Source: Dehalococcoidia bacterium
GTDB taxonomy: Bacteria; Chloroflexota; Dehalococcoidia; UBA2979
Assembly (NCBI GenBank): GCA_965262725.1
Contig: OZ253555.1
Location: forward strand, 2,208,001-2,272,000
Direction of reading: 5' to 3'
Length of the DNA: 64,000 nucleotides
A program made the translations under genes and the position numbers. Numbering within the stretch: the first letter of the stretch is position 1; the number at the start of each line of letters is the position of its first letter. The notes under the pieces were generated by a model. The model searched no databases and was not told where the DNA came from. It worked only from the letters and a program-made list of their open reading frames with translations. Shown here piece by piece: positions 46,130-56,912 of this stretch.

Positions 46130-48907
46130 TTAGCGCCGACCGCGCTCCGGCCCGCTCACTCCGAGGGCGGCCTGCGCGGCCGCCAGGAGCGCGATCGGGA
46201 CGCGGTAGGGAGAGCAGGAGACGTAGTCGAGCCCGGCCCCGTGGAAGAACGCCACCGAGGGCGGGTTCCCCCCGTGCTCGCCGCAGATGCCGACCTTGAG
46301 CCCGGGCTTCGCGGCGCGGCCCCGCTCGATCCCGAGCTTCACCAGACCCCCCACACCCACCGTGTCGAGCTCCACGAACGGGTCGCGCGAGAGCACGCCT
46401 GTCTCGAGGTAGGTCGGCAGGAAGCGACCGGCGTCGTCGCGGGAGAGGCCGAAGGCCGTCTGCGTGAGGTCGTTCGTCCCGAAGGAGAAGAAGTCCGCGT
46501 GCTCAGCAATGAGATCGGCGACGAGGCAGGCGCGAGGGAGCTCGATCATGGTGCCGACCGTGACGTCGATGCGCCGCCCGGCGGCCGCCATGGTCTGCTC
46601 CGCCACCGCGATCACGCGTTCGCGGAGCACGGCGAGCTCCGCTTCCGTGCTCACGAGCGGGATCATGATCTCCGGGTGGACGTCGACCCCCTCGGCCTCG
46701 AGCGTGCACGCCGCCTCGATGATCGCCCGCACCTGCGTCTCGTAGATCTCGGGGTAGGTGATGGCGAGCCGGACGCCCCGGTGCCCGAGCATCGGGTTGG
46801 ACTCGCGCAGCGCGCCCACGCGCCGCGCGATCGCATCCGGTGAGCGCCCGAGCGCCGAGGCAAGCTCCTCCTGCTCCCTCCCCGCGCGCGGCAGGAACTC
46901 GTGGAGCGGCGGGTCGAGGAGCCGGATGGTGACCGGGTATCCGTCCATGGCGCGCAGGATCCCGACGAAGTCCTCGCGCTGCATCGGGAGAATGCGATCG
47001 AGCGCGGAGCGTCGCTCCGCCTCGTCCTCGGCCAGGATCATCTCCCGCACCGCGAGGATGCGATCCTCTCCGAAGAACATGTGCTCGGTGCGGCAGAGGC
47101 CTATCCCCTCGGCGCCGAATGCGCGCGCCCGCTCGGCGTCCTCCGGCGTGTCGGCGTTCGCCCGGACGCCCAGCCGGCGCCTCGTGTTCACCCACCCCAT
47201 CAGCCGCTCGTACTCGGGTGGGAAGGAGGCGTCGGCGAGCGGGACGGCACCCCGCATCACCTCGCCCGTGGAGCCGTCTATGGAGATGACATCGCCCGCG
47301 TGGATCTCCAGCGTCCCGCCATCCTCGACGGGGACCGTGAAGAGCTTGCGGCGGTAGTCGATGTGCAGGCCGGAGCAGCCGGAGACGCAGGGCGTCCCCA
47401 TCCCCCGCGCCACGACCGCGGCGTGCGAGGTCGTGCCGCCGCGGGCCGTCAGGATCCCGGCGGCGCTCGACATTCCCTCGATGTCCTCCGGGCTCGTCTC
47501 GTCACGCACCAGGATCGCGGCGTCGCCCCTCGCATGCGCCTCGACGGCCTGGGCCGGCGTGAAGACGGCGTAGCCGACCGCGGCCCCGGGCGAGGCGGCG
47601 AGCCCGCGTGCGATCACAGCGCGCGCGGCGCCGGGCCGGAAGACCTTGTGCAGGAGTTCGGCGAGCTGCTCCGGATCCTGGCGGCGTATCGCCTCCGCCT
47701 CGTCGATGCCTCCCTCGTCGACCATGTCGACGGCGCTGGCCACCATCGCGTAGCCGCTGCGTTTCGCGTTCCGCGTCTGCAGGATCCAGAGGCGGCCCTG
47801 CTGGATCGTGAATTCGATGTCCTGCATGTCGTGGAAGTGGTCCTCGAGGCGCGTCGCGGCGGCGGTGAGCTCGCCGAAGGCCTCGGGCATCGTCTCCTGA
47901 AGCGTCGGGCCTTCGCCCGGGGCGCGCTGGGCGGCGACTATCTTCTGCGGCGTCCTCACGCCGGCCACGACGTCCTCGCCCTGAGCGTTGACGAGGAACT
48001 CGCCGACCAGTCCCGGTGCCCCCGTGGCCGGATCCCGCGTGAAGCAGACGCCGGTCGCGCAGTCGCCGCCGAGGTTGCCGAACACCATCGACTGCACGGT
48101 GACAGCCGTCCCCCAGTCGGAGGGGTAGCCGTGAAGGTCGCGGTAGACGATCGCGCGCGGCGAGTTCCAGGAGGCGAAGACGGCGGCGATGGCGCCCCAG
48201 AGCTGCTCCGCAGGGTCGTCCGGGAACGAGCGACCGCTCTGCTGGCGGACGACCGCCTTGTACTGGGCGACGAGCTCGCGCAGGTCCTCCGCCGTGAGCC
48301 CGGTGTCGAGCTCGACGCCGCGGCGCCGCTTCATCGCCGCGAGCAGCTCCTCGAAGGGGTCCTTGCTCTCGCCCGAGGCGCGGCGCACGCCGAGCACGAC
48401 GTTCGCGTACATCTGTACGAAGCGGCGGTAGGAGTCGAAGGCGAAGCGCTCATCGCCCGAGGCGCGCGCGAGGCCGGCCACGGTCTCGTCGTTGAGGCCG
48501 AGGTTGAGCACGGTGTCCATCATCCCCGGCATCGAGACCCGCGCCCCGGAGCGAACGGAGAGGAGGAGCGGGCTCTCGGCGTCGCCGAAGCGCACACCCG
48601 CGATCGACTCGATGTGCTCGATGCCCTCAGCGACCTCCGCCGCGAGCCCGGACGGGTAGCTCTCGCCCCGGGCGTAGTAGGCGGCGCAGACCTCCGTCGT
48701 GATGGTGAATCCCGGCGGGACGGGAATGCCGATCCCGCTCATCTCGGCGAGTCCGGCCCCCTTGCCGCCGAGCAGATCGCGCATCGCAGCCGATCCCTCG
48801 GCCGCGCCCGCGCCGAAGCGATAGACGAGCTTCGGGGCCGCCCAGACGCGGTCGGTCCCGTCGGTGGGCCGGGGAGGAGCAGCGGGGCTCTTGGGGGTCG
48901 TGGCCAT
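46130..48907 (-). CDS. ppdK: Pyruvate, phosphate dikinase
   Basis: LLGGKGAGLAEM, SVRSGARVSMPGMMDT, GGTTSHAAVVAR, GIGLCRTEHMF, SFGTNDLTQ, GICGEHGG. Confidence 0.97.
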   Translation of the reverse strand: MATTPKSPAAPPRPTDGTDRVWAAPKLVYRFGAGAAEGSAAMRDLLGGKGAGLAEMSGIGIPVPPGFTITTEVCAAYYARGESYPSGLAAEVAEGIEHIESIAGVRFGDAESPLLLSVRSGARVSMPGMMDTVLNLGLNDETVAGLARASGDERFAFDSYRRFVQMYANVVLGVRRASGESKDPFEELLAAMKRRRGVELDTGLTAEDLRELVAQYKAVVRQQSGRSFPDDPAEQLWGAIAAVFASWNSPRAIVYRDLHGYPSDWGTAVTVQSMVFGNLGGDCATGVCFTRDPATGAPGLVGEFLVNAQGEDVVAGVRTPQKIVAAQRAPGEGPTLQETMPEAFGELTAAATRLEDHFHDMQDIEFTIQQGRLWILQTRNAKRSGYAMVASAVDMVDEGGIDEAEAIRRQDPEQLAELLHKVFRPGAARAVIARGLAASPGAAVGYAVFTPAQAVEAHARGDAAILVRDETSPEDIEGMSSAAGILTARGGTTSHAAVVARGMGTPCVSGCSGLHIDYRRKLFTVPVEDGGTLEIHAGDVISIDGSTGEVMRGAVPLADASFPPEYERLMGWVNTRRRLGVRANADTPEDAERARAFGAEGIGLCRTEHMFFGEDRILAVREMILAEDEAERRSALDRILPMQREDFVGILRAMDGYPVTIRLLDPPLHEFLPRAGREQEELASALGRSPDAIARRVGALRESNPMLGHRGVRLAITYPEIYETQVRAIIEAACTLEAEGVDVHPEIMIPLVSTEAELAVLRERVIAVAEQTMAAAGRRIDVTVGTMIELPRACLVADLIAEHADFFSFGTNDLTQTAFGLSRDDAGRFLPTYLETGVLSRDPFVELDTVGVGGLVKLGIERGRAAKPGLKVGICGEHGGNPPSVAFFHGAGLDYVSCSPYRVPIALLAAAQAALGVSGPERGRR

Positions 48908-49091
48908 CGGTCACCCTCCCGCACCGGCGCCCCGGGGGAGTGACGGGGAAGCGTGCGACGCGCGGGAGGGCCCGCGTGGCCGCGCCGTGCGACACCAAGT
49001 ATACGGGGCACCCGGCCTACCCGCCCGCTACGCGGAGCTCCCACCCGAGGGCGGCTTGCCGCGCGCACCGCCGCTGCGCACACTCGTCGCG

Positions 49092-50201
49092 ATGGCAGCG
49101 CAGCGAGCCGGCCGGGCGGGGGTCTCCGTCGAGACGCGTGTGCGGGCGTCGCTCGAGGCGCGCGAGGCAGCGCTCGCCCCGGGCGCCGCCCGGGAGGCGA
49201 CCTCGCGCGGGCGGGAGCGGCCGGAGCCGCCGTCGGCGCTGCGAGTCGCCTACCAGCTCGACCGCGACCGCATCATCCACACGCGCGCCTTTCGTCGTCT
49301 CACGCACAAGACCCAGGTCTTCATCGCCCCCGACTCCGACCACGTCGTGACCCGCATGACGCACACGATCGAGGTCCAGCAGATCGCACGGACGATCGCT
49401 CGCGCGCTCGGGCTCAACGAGGACCTCGCCGAGGCGATTGCGCTCGGGCACGACCTCGGGCACACGCCCTTCGGGCACGCGGGGGAGGAAATGCTCGCCT
49501 CGCTGCTGCCCGAGGGCTTCCGTCACAATGAGCAATCTCTGCGCATCGTCGACCGCCTTGAGAACGCCGGCCGCGGCCTGAACCTCTCGGCGGAGACCCG
49601 CGAGGGGATCCTCATGCACTCCAAGGTGCGCGAGTCGGTGGCGGCCGAGGCGTGGGGCACCGCCGCCACGCTCGAGGGCCAGATCGTGAAGCTGGCCGAC
49701 TCCATCGCGTACTTGAACCACGACATCGAGGACGCGATCCGAGCCGGACTGATCACGCCCAGCGAGCTCCCCGATCGGGCCGTGGCGACCCTGGGCGAGA
49801 CGCGATCGCACCGCCTCGATCGCCTCGTGCGCGACTGCGTCGCGAACTCGTGGGAGGCAGCGCAGGACCCGCCCGGTGGGGAGGGGCCGGCGGGCCGCAT
49901 CACCCTCTCCGAGGAGGCGCTCGAGGCCACCGACACGCTGCGCGACTTCATGTTCGAGCGGGTCTATCTCGTCGACGGCCAGCTTGATCGGGCGCAGCGC
50001 GGCCAGCGGGTCCTGGAGGCGCTCTTCCGACACTACGAGGTCCACCCGCGCGAGATTCCCGGATACGCCTTGCCCGCCGACCCGCCGAGGCGGCGCGCCG
50101 CCGACTACGTCTCGGGGATGACGGACGGCTATGCGATCAGGCGGGCCCACGATCTCGGACTCGAATCGGCGGCTGACTGGCGCGTGACAGAGCGCGCGTA
50201 G
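49092..50201 (+). CDS. dgt: Deoxyguanosinetriphosphate triphosphohydrolase-like HD protein
   Basis: DRDRIIHTRAFRRLTHKTQVF, TRMTHTIEV, GHDLGHTPFGHAGE, DYVSGMTD. Confidence 0.92.
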   Translation: MAAQRAGRAGVSVETRVRASLEAREAALAPGAAREATSRGRERPEPPSALRVAYQLDRDRIIHTRAFRRLTHKTQVFIAPDSDHVVTRMTHTIEVQQIARTIARALGLNEDLAEAIALGHDLGHTPFGHAGEEMLASLLPEGFRHNEQSLRIVDRLENAGRGLNLSAETREGILMHSKVRESVAAEAWGTAATLEGQIVKLADSIAYLNHDIEDAIRAGLITPSELPDRAVATLGETRSHRLDRLVRDCVANSWEAAQDPPGGEGPAGRITLSEEALEATDTLRDFMFERVYLVDGQLDRAQRGQRVLEALFRHYEVHPREIPGYALPADPPRRRAADYVSGMTDGYAIRRAHDLGLESAADWRVTERA

Positions 50202-50614
50202 GAGCTATTCCGTCGCCGGGAGGAGCAAGTGCCGGCGCCTCCTCCGACGGTCCTCGCGAAGTGCCGGTGCCCGCTTCGAATGCTGAATCCGACTGACACG
50301 CCGGGGACGACCCCGCAGATGTCACGGACGTGGTCCACACCCGACAGCCGCGTCCGCCGCCACGAACACCGCCATCACGCACAGGACGAGCCCGTTCCCG
50401 ATGATCCGCCCCGGCGTCCCGCGCGCCATGCTCCACCGGATCCCCAGCCTCAGCCGCGGTCGGGTCTCGGCACCCGTGCGGCCGCGTTCGCTCCTCTGCG
50501 GCCCGCGCCGCCCGCCCGCGTCCGTGACCGCTACAATCAAGGTGAAGGGGGCGGGGGCCCGAGAGGTAACCGACCACGCGACGCACCGTTCGAACGCCCA
50601 CGCTCGCCGGCATC

Positions 50615-51376
50615 ATGGTCGTGCTTGTCGCCGCCCTGACGCTTGCGGCGCTCGCGATCCTGGGTACGGAGGAGGAGCCACCGGTGGCCATCTCCGGCGC
50701 CGGAGCGGGTCAGGCGAGCGCGACGCCGGAAGCACGGACCCCTCGCGCGGCGGCGCACGTCACGACCAACCTCCGCCAGTCGCCTCACCCCGCCGCCGAC
50801 GTGGTGGCGGTAATCCCGGGGGGTCGCGAGGCGGAACTCCTGGGCCGGAGTGCAGACGGTGCGTGGGCGCAGCTCGCCTACCCTCCGGGCGGGGTCGAGG
50901 GGTGGGCTCCCCTCGCCTCGTTCGCGATCGCGGAGCGGGACATCGCCTCCGCGCCGGTGCGGGCCTCCGAGTCGGGATCGACGCAGCCTCCCGCCGCGGA
51001 GCGCACGCCGGCCGCCGGAACTCCGGGGCCGGACGCGCTCCCCGACCTCGCCGTCGTGAATGCTTTCCTGCTTCCCGACGGCCGGCTGACGGTCTCGGTG
51101 CGCAACGGCGGCGACGCCCCGCTCGAGCAGCAGCGGATCTCGCTGCGGGTCTCGAGCGCCGAGGGGGAGATCCTCGGGGTCCTGGAGATCGGTCCCACCT
51201 CGCTCGCTCCCGGCGCCGTGGCGACCGCGATCACGCCGGTCACCGTGCGCCGCACCGGCGTCTACATCCTCGAGCTCGATCGCCTCGACGCGATCGCCGA
51301 GTCGAGCGAGTTCAACAATCACTTCAGCCAGCTCTTCGTCGCTCCCGCCGCGCCGCAGGGGAACGGCGGCGGATGA
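50615..51376 (+). CDS. Exported protein with bacterial SH3-like and CARDB-like domains
   Basis: Hydrophobic N-terminus; NLRQSP...LLGRSADGAWAQL...VEGW (SH3-like); LPDLAV...VRNGG...IAESSEFNN (CARDB-like). The true start may be ACG 50576. TACAAT at 50532. Confidence 0.7.
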   Translation: MVVLVAALTLAALAILGTEEEPPVAISGAGAGQASATPEARTPRAAAHVTTNLRQSPHPAADVVAVIPGGREAELLGRSADGAWAQLAYPPGGVEGWAPLASFAIAERDIASAPVRASESGSTQPPAAERTPAAGTPGPDALPDLAVVNAFLLPDGRLTVSVRNGGDAPLEQQRISLRVSSAEGEILGVLEIGPTSLAPGAVATAITPVTVRRTGVYILELDRLDAIAESSEFNNHFSQLFVAPAAPQGNGGG

Positions 51377-51407
51377 GGGGAGACGCGCAGGTGGGAGGAA
51401 CGAGCGC

Positions 51408-51854
51408 GTGAGCGATCAGCCGCCCGACGCCGTCGCACGGACGCGCGCCCGCCTCACGCGCTCCCGCCAGAGCCTCCTCGCGGCGCTGGCCGGTGTGACC
51501 GAGGCCGACTTCCGGCGAGAGGTGGACGGCGAACTTCTGGTGGAGCGGCTGGCGAAGCTGGCGCGCCGGGAGCGCGCCGCAGTTGCGGCGGCTCGCCAGC
51601 TGCTGGCGGGAGCCGGCAGCTCGGACGACCTCTCGCCGGAAGTCGCGGCCTCCGGGGGCTCCACAACCCTGCCGCCACAGGCGATCCACGCGCTCGCCGG
51701 CGCGCGCCACCGTTCGCTCCGCCTGCTCGACGAGGTCGAGGCCTCGGAGCAAGCGGCGGCGGGCGAGCGGGCGCGTGATGCGGCGCTCGCGCTGCTCGAC
51801 GAAACCGCGGAGCGCGAGCAACGCGTCGCCGCGCTCATCGGCAGCGCGACCTGA
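51408..51854 (+). CDS. DinB-like four-helix protein (metal histidines not evident)
   Basis: LTRSRQSLLAALAGVTEADF...LAKLARRE...ETAEREQRVAALI follows the DinB_2 helix layout. Confidence 0.5.
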   Translation: MSDQPPDAVARTRARLTRSRQSLLAALAGVTEADFRREVDGELLVERLAKLARRERAAVAAARQLLAGAGSSDDLSPEVAASGGSTTLPPQAIHALAGARHRSLRLLDEVEASEQAAAGERARDAALALLDETAEREQRVAALIGSAT

Positions 51855-51976
51855 GCGGCCTGCCGGTACAGGGGAGACTCCCCAATGCCGGATCGCGCGC
51901 TGCCTCGACCAACCGCCGCGTAACGGATCGGCCGCCGCGGTGTCTATACATGTGAGGCCGTAAGCACAGGAGCCCG

Positions 51977-54019
51977 ATGAGCGCGATCGACGACGTGAAG
52001 GCGCGTCTCGACATCGTCGAGACAGTGAGTCGCTACGTGCCGGCGCTGAAGCGCGGCGGCCGCACCTTCAAGGCGGCGTGCCCCTTCCACACGGAGCGGA
52101 CGCCCTCGTTCATCGTCGACCCGACACGCGGTACCTGGCATTGCTTCGGGGCGTGCTCCACCGGTGGGGACGTCATCGAGTTTGTGCGCCGTATCGAGGG
52201 GCTCGAGTTTCGGGAGGCGCTGAAGCGCTGCGCGGATCTCGCCGGCGTGGAGCTGAGGCCCCCCTCCGCGCGGGAGCGCCGTCAGCGGGAGGAGCACGAG
52301 AGGCTGCTCTCGGCGAACGAGGCGGCCGCGCTCTTCTTCCAGGCCCAGCTCGACGGCCCGGACGGCGTCGCCGCGCTCGCCTACGCCGAGAGCCGGGGGA
52401 TCGACGCCGAGGCGCGCCGGGAGTGGCATCTCGGCTACGCCCCGGCGAGCTGGAGCGCGCTGCTCGACCACCTGCTGGCCCGCGGCTATACGGAGGAGGA
52501 GTTGGTCCGAGCCGGCCTCGCCGTCGAGAACGAGGGACCCTCCCGCGACGGCCGTGGCGCGCACGATCGCTTCCGGGACCGGCTCATCTTCCCGACCCGC
52601 GACGAGCGGGGCCGGCTGGTGGGCTTCGGCGCGCGCGCGCTCCGGGCCGAGGACGAGCCGAAGTACCTGAACACGCCGCAGACGCCGCTCTTCGACAAGA
52701 GCGGGACGCTCTACGGACTCGACCGCGCCCAGGAGGCGGCGCGCCGGAGCGGCCAGGCGATCGTCGTCGAGGGCTACATGGATGTGATCGCCGCGCACCA
52801 GTTCGGAATGAAGAACGTCGTCGCCTCGAACGGAACATCGATCACCGAGCGCCAGATGCGCCTGGTGAAGCGCTACACGCCGAACCTCGTGCTCGCGCTC
52901 GACGCCGACGTCGCGGGTTCCGAGGCGGCGCTCCGGGGCGTCGAGGTCGCGACTGGCGCCGCCGACCGCCAGCTCGTCGCCGGTGTCGACTGGCGGGGCC
53001 TGGTCTCGACGCAGGAGGTGCTCGACGCCGACATCCGGGTCGCCTCCCTCCCCGGGGGGGAGGACCCCGACTCGCTGCTGCGCGCCGATCCGGAGCGCTT
53101 CCGCGCGCTGATCGCAGGAGCCCTCCCGGTCGCCGACTACCTCTTCGAGGCGATCCCGGGAGCGGGCGACCTCACCGACCCGCGCGCGCGCTCGCGTGCC
53201 CTCACCGCGCTCGCGCCGACGGTGGCGGCGATGGCGGATCCCGTCGTCCGAGCGCATTATGTGCAGAGACTGGCTCGCATCGGCCGCGTCGACGAGCGCT
53301 ACGCGGCGCAGCTCGTCGCGCAGGCGCGCCGGGGCCGCGTGCGTCTCGTGGAGAGCAGCGAACGCTCGCCGCTCTCCCCACGCGACCGCGCCGGCCGCCG
53401 CGGACCGGGGCCGGCCCGCGCGCCGGCCCTCGACGGCGAGTCGCAGCTGCTGCGGCTGCTGCTGGGGAACGAAGCGTGCCGCGAGGCCGGAGAGGCGCTC
53501 GACGCCGACCTCTTCGAGGACTCCGAGAACCGGGCCCTCTATGAGGCGTGGCTCGAGCGTCCCGGGCTCGCCTCACAGCTCGATGAGCTCGAGGATGGGC
53601 CGCGCCAGAGGGCCGAGGCGCTCCTCGCGCGGCCGCTGCCGCCCCACCCGGCGGAGGAACTGGCCGCGATGGTGGCCGACATAGCGGGGCGGCAGCGGGA
53701 GCGCCGCCGACGGGAGCGGCTGAGGGAGCGCACGAACGAGGTGGCGGAGGAGCTCGTGACCGCGCGCCGGGCGGCGGCCGCGAGCGAGGCGGAGCGGGGC
53801 GGAGCCGGAGCGGAGCGCGAGAGCGGGCTGGAGCGAACGCCCAACGGGGTGGATGCTGAATCCGGCGCGGAGCAGGGTGCCTCGCAGCCGCCGGCGCTCG
53901 TCGACGAGCTCGCGGCCGAGCTCGAGGAACTGGTTGATCGCCAGCGGCGGCTGGCGCAGGGCGCCGGGGTCGAGATGGTGGAAGCGGGAACGACGGGGGA
54001 CGGGGGAGCGAGAGAGTGA
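51977..54019 (+). CDS. dnaG: DNA primase
   Basis: [11 protein letters not shown]...WHCFGAC zinc-binding domain, [18 protein letters not shown]. Confidence 0.96.
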   Translation: MSAIDDVKARLDIVETVSRYVPALKRGGRTFKAACPFHTERTPSFIVDPTRGTWHCFGACSTGGDVIEFVRRIEGLEFREALKRCADLAGVELRPPSARERRQREEHERLLSANEAAALFFQAQLDGPDGVAALAYAESRGIDAEARREWHLGYAPASWSALLDHLLARGYTEEELVRAGLAVENEGPSRDGRGAHDRFRDRLIFPTRDERGRLVGFGARALRAEDEPKYLNTPQTPLFDKSGTLYGLDRAQEAARRSGQAIVVEGYMDVIAAHQFGMKNVVASNGTSITERQMRLVKRYTPNLVLALDADVAGSEAALRGVEVATGAADRQLVAGVDWRGLVSTQEVLDADIRVASLPGGEDPDSLLRADPERFRALIAGALPVADYLFEAIPGAGDLTDPRARSRALTALAPTVAAMADPVVRAHYVQRLARIGRVDERYAAQLVAQARRGRVRLVESSERSPLSPRDRAGRRGPGPARAPALDGESQLLRLLLGNEACREAGEALDADLFEDSENRALYEAWLERPGLASQLDELEDGPRQRAEALLARPLPPHPAEELAAMVADIAGRQRERRRRERLRERTNEVAEELVTARRAAAASEAERGGAGAERESGLERTPNGVDAESGAEQGASQPPALVDELAAELEELVDRQRRLAQGAGVEMVEAGTTGDGGARE

Positions 54020-55533
54020 CGCAGACCTACGAGCCGGCCGGTATGGAGGAGCTCCTCGAGAAGGGGCGCCGCAGCGGGCAGGTGACGGCTGAGGACGTGC
54101 TGGTGGCCTTCCCGCAGGCCGAGACGAGCCGTGAGCGGCTTTCCTCGGTGATCGCGCAGCTCTCCGAGAATGGCATCAGCGTCCGCATCGACTCGGGCGC
54201 GGGCCGTGAGGCGTCGAGCGTCGTCGACGCGGCGCGCCGCATCGTGGAGGACGCCGCCGGCATCGACGATCCGGTGCGGATGTACCTGCGCGAGATCGGC
54301 AAGGTCGCGCTGCTCACCGCCGCCGACGAGAAGCGACTCTCCAGGCACATCGAGGAGTGGCGTCACGTCGAGGAGATCGTCGACGCCTTCGAGGAGAGGC
54401 ACCAGCGCCCGCCCAGCTACGGCGAGATCCTCGCCGAGCTCCTGAGGCAGCTCTACCAGGACCGGCACGTCTACCAGGCAGTCGCCCGCCACCTGGGGCT
54501 CCCGCGTCAGCCGATCTCCGAGCGCATCGCCGAGTTCTCGTTCCGCGCTGCGCTCGACGGCAATCTCGACGAGGAGATGCAGCAGAAGCTGATGCGGGAG
54601 TTCTCGTGGGACGAGGAGCGCGCCAAGCTCGCGATGGTCCGGCTCTCGATCATCACGCACATCCTGCAGTCGCAGCACGTGCGCTGGGCGGGCTCGATCG
54701 CCGGCCGTGAATCGCGGACGCTGCCGCCGCCGCAGAAGCTTGGCGTCGAGCTCGAGGCGGCGCACGGGGGTGCGCTCCAGTACTACTTCGAGAAGCTCAT
54801 CTTCGACGGGCGTCGCTCCGAGCGTCAGCTGACGGAGGCGAACCTCCGCCTCGTGGTCTCGGTCGCGAAGAAGTACATCGGCCGCGGGATGTCGCTCCTC
54901 GACCTGATCCAGGAGGGCAATATCGGCCTGATCCGCGCGGTCGAGAAGTTCGACTACCGCAAGGGCTTCAAGTTCTCCACCTACGCGACCTGGTGGATCC
55001 GCCAGGCAATCACCCGGGCCATCGCCGACCAGGCGCGCACCATCCGCATCCCGGTGCACATGGTCGAGACCATCAACAAGCTCGTCCGCATCTCGCGCCG
55101 GCTGGTGCAAGAGTACGGTCGCGAGCCGACCTCCGAGGAGATCGGGCGTGAGCTCGAGCTCCCCTCGGAGCGCGTGCGCGAGATCCTCAAGGTCTCGCAG
55201 GAGCCGGTATCGCTCGAGACGCCTATCGGCGAAGAGGAGGATTCCCACCTCGGCGACTTCCTCCCCGACGAGTCGGCGCTGGAGCCGGCCGAGGCGGCCT
55301 CGCACCAGCTCCTCAAGGAGCAGGTGATGGAGGTTCTTTCCAGCCTCACACCGCGCGAGCGCAAGGTGCTGGAACTGCGCTTCGGGCTTGAGGATGGCCG
55401 CTCCCGCACGCTCGAGGAGGTGGGGCGGGAGTTCAATGTGACCAGGGAGCGCATCCGCCAGATCGAGGCGAAGGCGCTCCGCAAGTTGCGCCACCCGACG
55501 CGCTCGAAGAAGCTGCGCGACTACCTCGAGTAG
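54016..55533 (+). CDS. rpoD: Primary RNA polymerase sigma factor
   Basis: [60 protein letters not shown]. Confidence 0.96.
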   Translation: MTQTYEPAGMEELLEKGRRSGQVTAEDVLVAFPQAETSRERLSSVIAQLSENGISVRIDSGAGREASSVVDAARRIVEDAAGIDDPVRMYLREIGKVALLTAADEKRLSRHIEEWRHVEEIVDAFEERHQRPPSYGEILAELLRQLYQDRHVYQAVARHLGLPRQPISERIAEFSFRAALDGNLDEEMQQKLMREFSWDEERAKLAMVRLSIITHILQSQHVRWAGSIAGRESRTLPPPQKLGVELEAAHGGALQYYFEKLIFDGRRSERQLTEANLRLVVSVAKKYIGRGMSLLDLIQEGNIGLIRAVEKFDYRKGFKFSTYATWWIRQAITRAIADQARTIRIPVHMVETINKLVRISRRLVQEYGREPTSEEIGRELELPSERVREILKVSQEPVSLETPIGEEEDSHLGDFLPDESALEPAEAASHQLLKEQVMEVLSSLTPRERKVLELRFGLEDGRSRTLEEVGREFNVTRERIRQIEAKALRKLRHPTRSKKLRDYLE

Positions 55534-55565
55534 ACACCGCGGAGCCGCCTGAGGGAGGGGGAGAG

Positions 55566-55802
55566 GTGCCGATCTACGAGTACCGATGCAAGAAGTGTGG
55601 GGAGCTCTTCGATCTGATGCGCCCCGTGTCGAAGGCCGACGCCCGCGCGCGGTGCACGAGCTGCCAGTCGACTGCGGTCAAGCGCCAGCTCTCTCGTTTT
55701 GCCGTCGTCGGCGGCGGCGACGACGCGGGCGGTGACAACGACCTCGACTTCGGCGGCGGCGGCGGCGGCGACGACTTTGGCGGTTTCGACGACGACTGGT
55801 AG
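55566..55802 (+). CDS. FmdB-family zinc-ribbon protein
   Basis: MPIYEYRCKKCG...CTSCQS with a Gly/Asp-rich tail. Confidence 0.88.
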   Translation: MPIYEYRCKKCGELFDLMRPVSKADARARCTSCQSTAVKRQLSRFAVVGGGDDAGGDNDLDFGGGGGGDDFGGFDDDW

Positions 55803-55905
55803 CAGGTGCGGGCCCTGACCGCGGCCTGCGCCTGCCGGGACCGGGATCGCCGGGCTCCCCGTCCCCTGATGGCCTGACCGCCTCTCCTCCCTCAGCCGGC
55901 CCCGG

Positions 55906-56844
55906 TCAGAGCGTTGGGCCCCGCTCCTCCGCCGGAGGCGGTTCGCCGCTCCCGGTCTGTTCGGTCTCCCCCGCCGCCGCCGGAGCCGATTCGTCGGTGC
56001 CGGCGCGGCCGGTCTCCCCCGCCATTGCCGGAGGCGGTTCGGCGCTTCCGGTCCGTTCGGTCTCCTCCGCTCCCGCCGTGCACCGCTCGTCGCTCGCGGC
56101 CGGGCCGGTCTCCGTCGTGTCCGACGCCGGTGGCGGCGTGATGACTCCGGCACGCCGTCGTCGCCGATCCACGTAGACGACGTAGCCGAGGCCGGTGGCG
56201 ACGAGCAGCATCGCTTCCACGATCGTGAGCAGCCCCACGCCGAGTGTCGCGTCGAACCAGAACCCCCGCGGGAACATCTGGATCAGGCGGTCGCGGTCGG
56301 GATCCAGCTTCCAGAGATCGTTCGAGAACGAGATCACGTGGAATTGGCGGAAGAGGTCGTCGAAGCCGGCCACCAGCGCCGTCGAGGCGAGCACGAGCAC
56401 GGCGACCGTGACGGCGCCGCCCAGCGCGACGAGCCGCGCGAGGTGCCGCATCGAGCGCTCCCGCGCCCAGAGGAAGACGATGGCGATGTAGCCGACGACG
56501 AAGATGAGCGAGAGCTCCTGCACGGAGAAGGCCCGTCCCATGAGCGCCTTCACGTCTCGCATGTGCAGCACCTCGCGCGGGTTGAAGAGCGCCTGCTCGC
56601 GCCCGTCGATCGCGACGCGGATGTCGAGCAGGTCACGGTCGTCCCGGAAGTAGAGGACGATGTCGCGCGCCGCGCGATCGAGATCCGTCCGGGTGACTCC
56701 TGTCCGTTCCTCTGCGCCGTAGCGGTCGAACGCGTAGCTGTAGACGGCGAGCGCGTTCGCCGCGATGCGCACGTTCGAGAGCACCAGGAAGAGCGGGAGC
56801 GCGACCAGGAAGAGGGCCGCCGCCACCCAGCGGGCGAGTACCAT
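55906..56844 (-). CDS. DUF1461 / TIGR01906-type integral membrane protein
   Basis: FNPREVLHMRDVK, FRQFHVISFSNDLW, LIQMFPRGFW and several TM helices. Start 56844 or 56853. Confidence 0.85.
   Translation of the reverse strand: MVLARWVAAALFLVALPLFLVLSNVRIAANALAVYSYAFDRYGAEERTGVTRTDLDRAARDIVLYFRDDRDLLDIRVAIDGREQALFNPREVLHMRDVKALMGRAFSVQELSLIFVVGYIAIVFLWARERSMRHLARLVALGGAVTVAVLVLASTALVAGFDDLFRQFHVISFSNDLWKLDPDRDRLIQMFPRGFWFDATLGVGLLTIVEAMLLVATGLGYVVYVDRRRRRAGVITPPPASDTTETGPAASDERCTAGAEETERTGSAEPPPAMAGETGRAGTDESAPAAAGETEQTGSGEPPPAEERGPTL
55931..56122. repeat. Four tandem 48-bp imperfect repeats in A-B-A-B order
   Basis: Units start at 55931, 55979, 56027 and 56075, each GCCG...CGGTCTCC. They encode 16-aa repeats in the membrane protein's C-terminal tail. 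Confidence 0.8.
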
Positions 56845-56912
56845 GGCGCTCATTCTATCGCCGGTGCGCCGCGTGGCGGCGCGGCGGCGCGGCCGCTCGT
56901 TATACTGCGCGC

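Noticed and set aside
55931-56122. Repeat array as CRISPR
   Set aside because: Units are contiguous, degenerate and in-frame coding, with no unique spacers and no cas genes.
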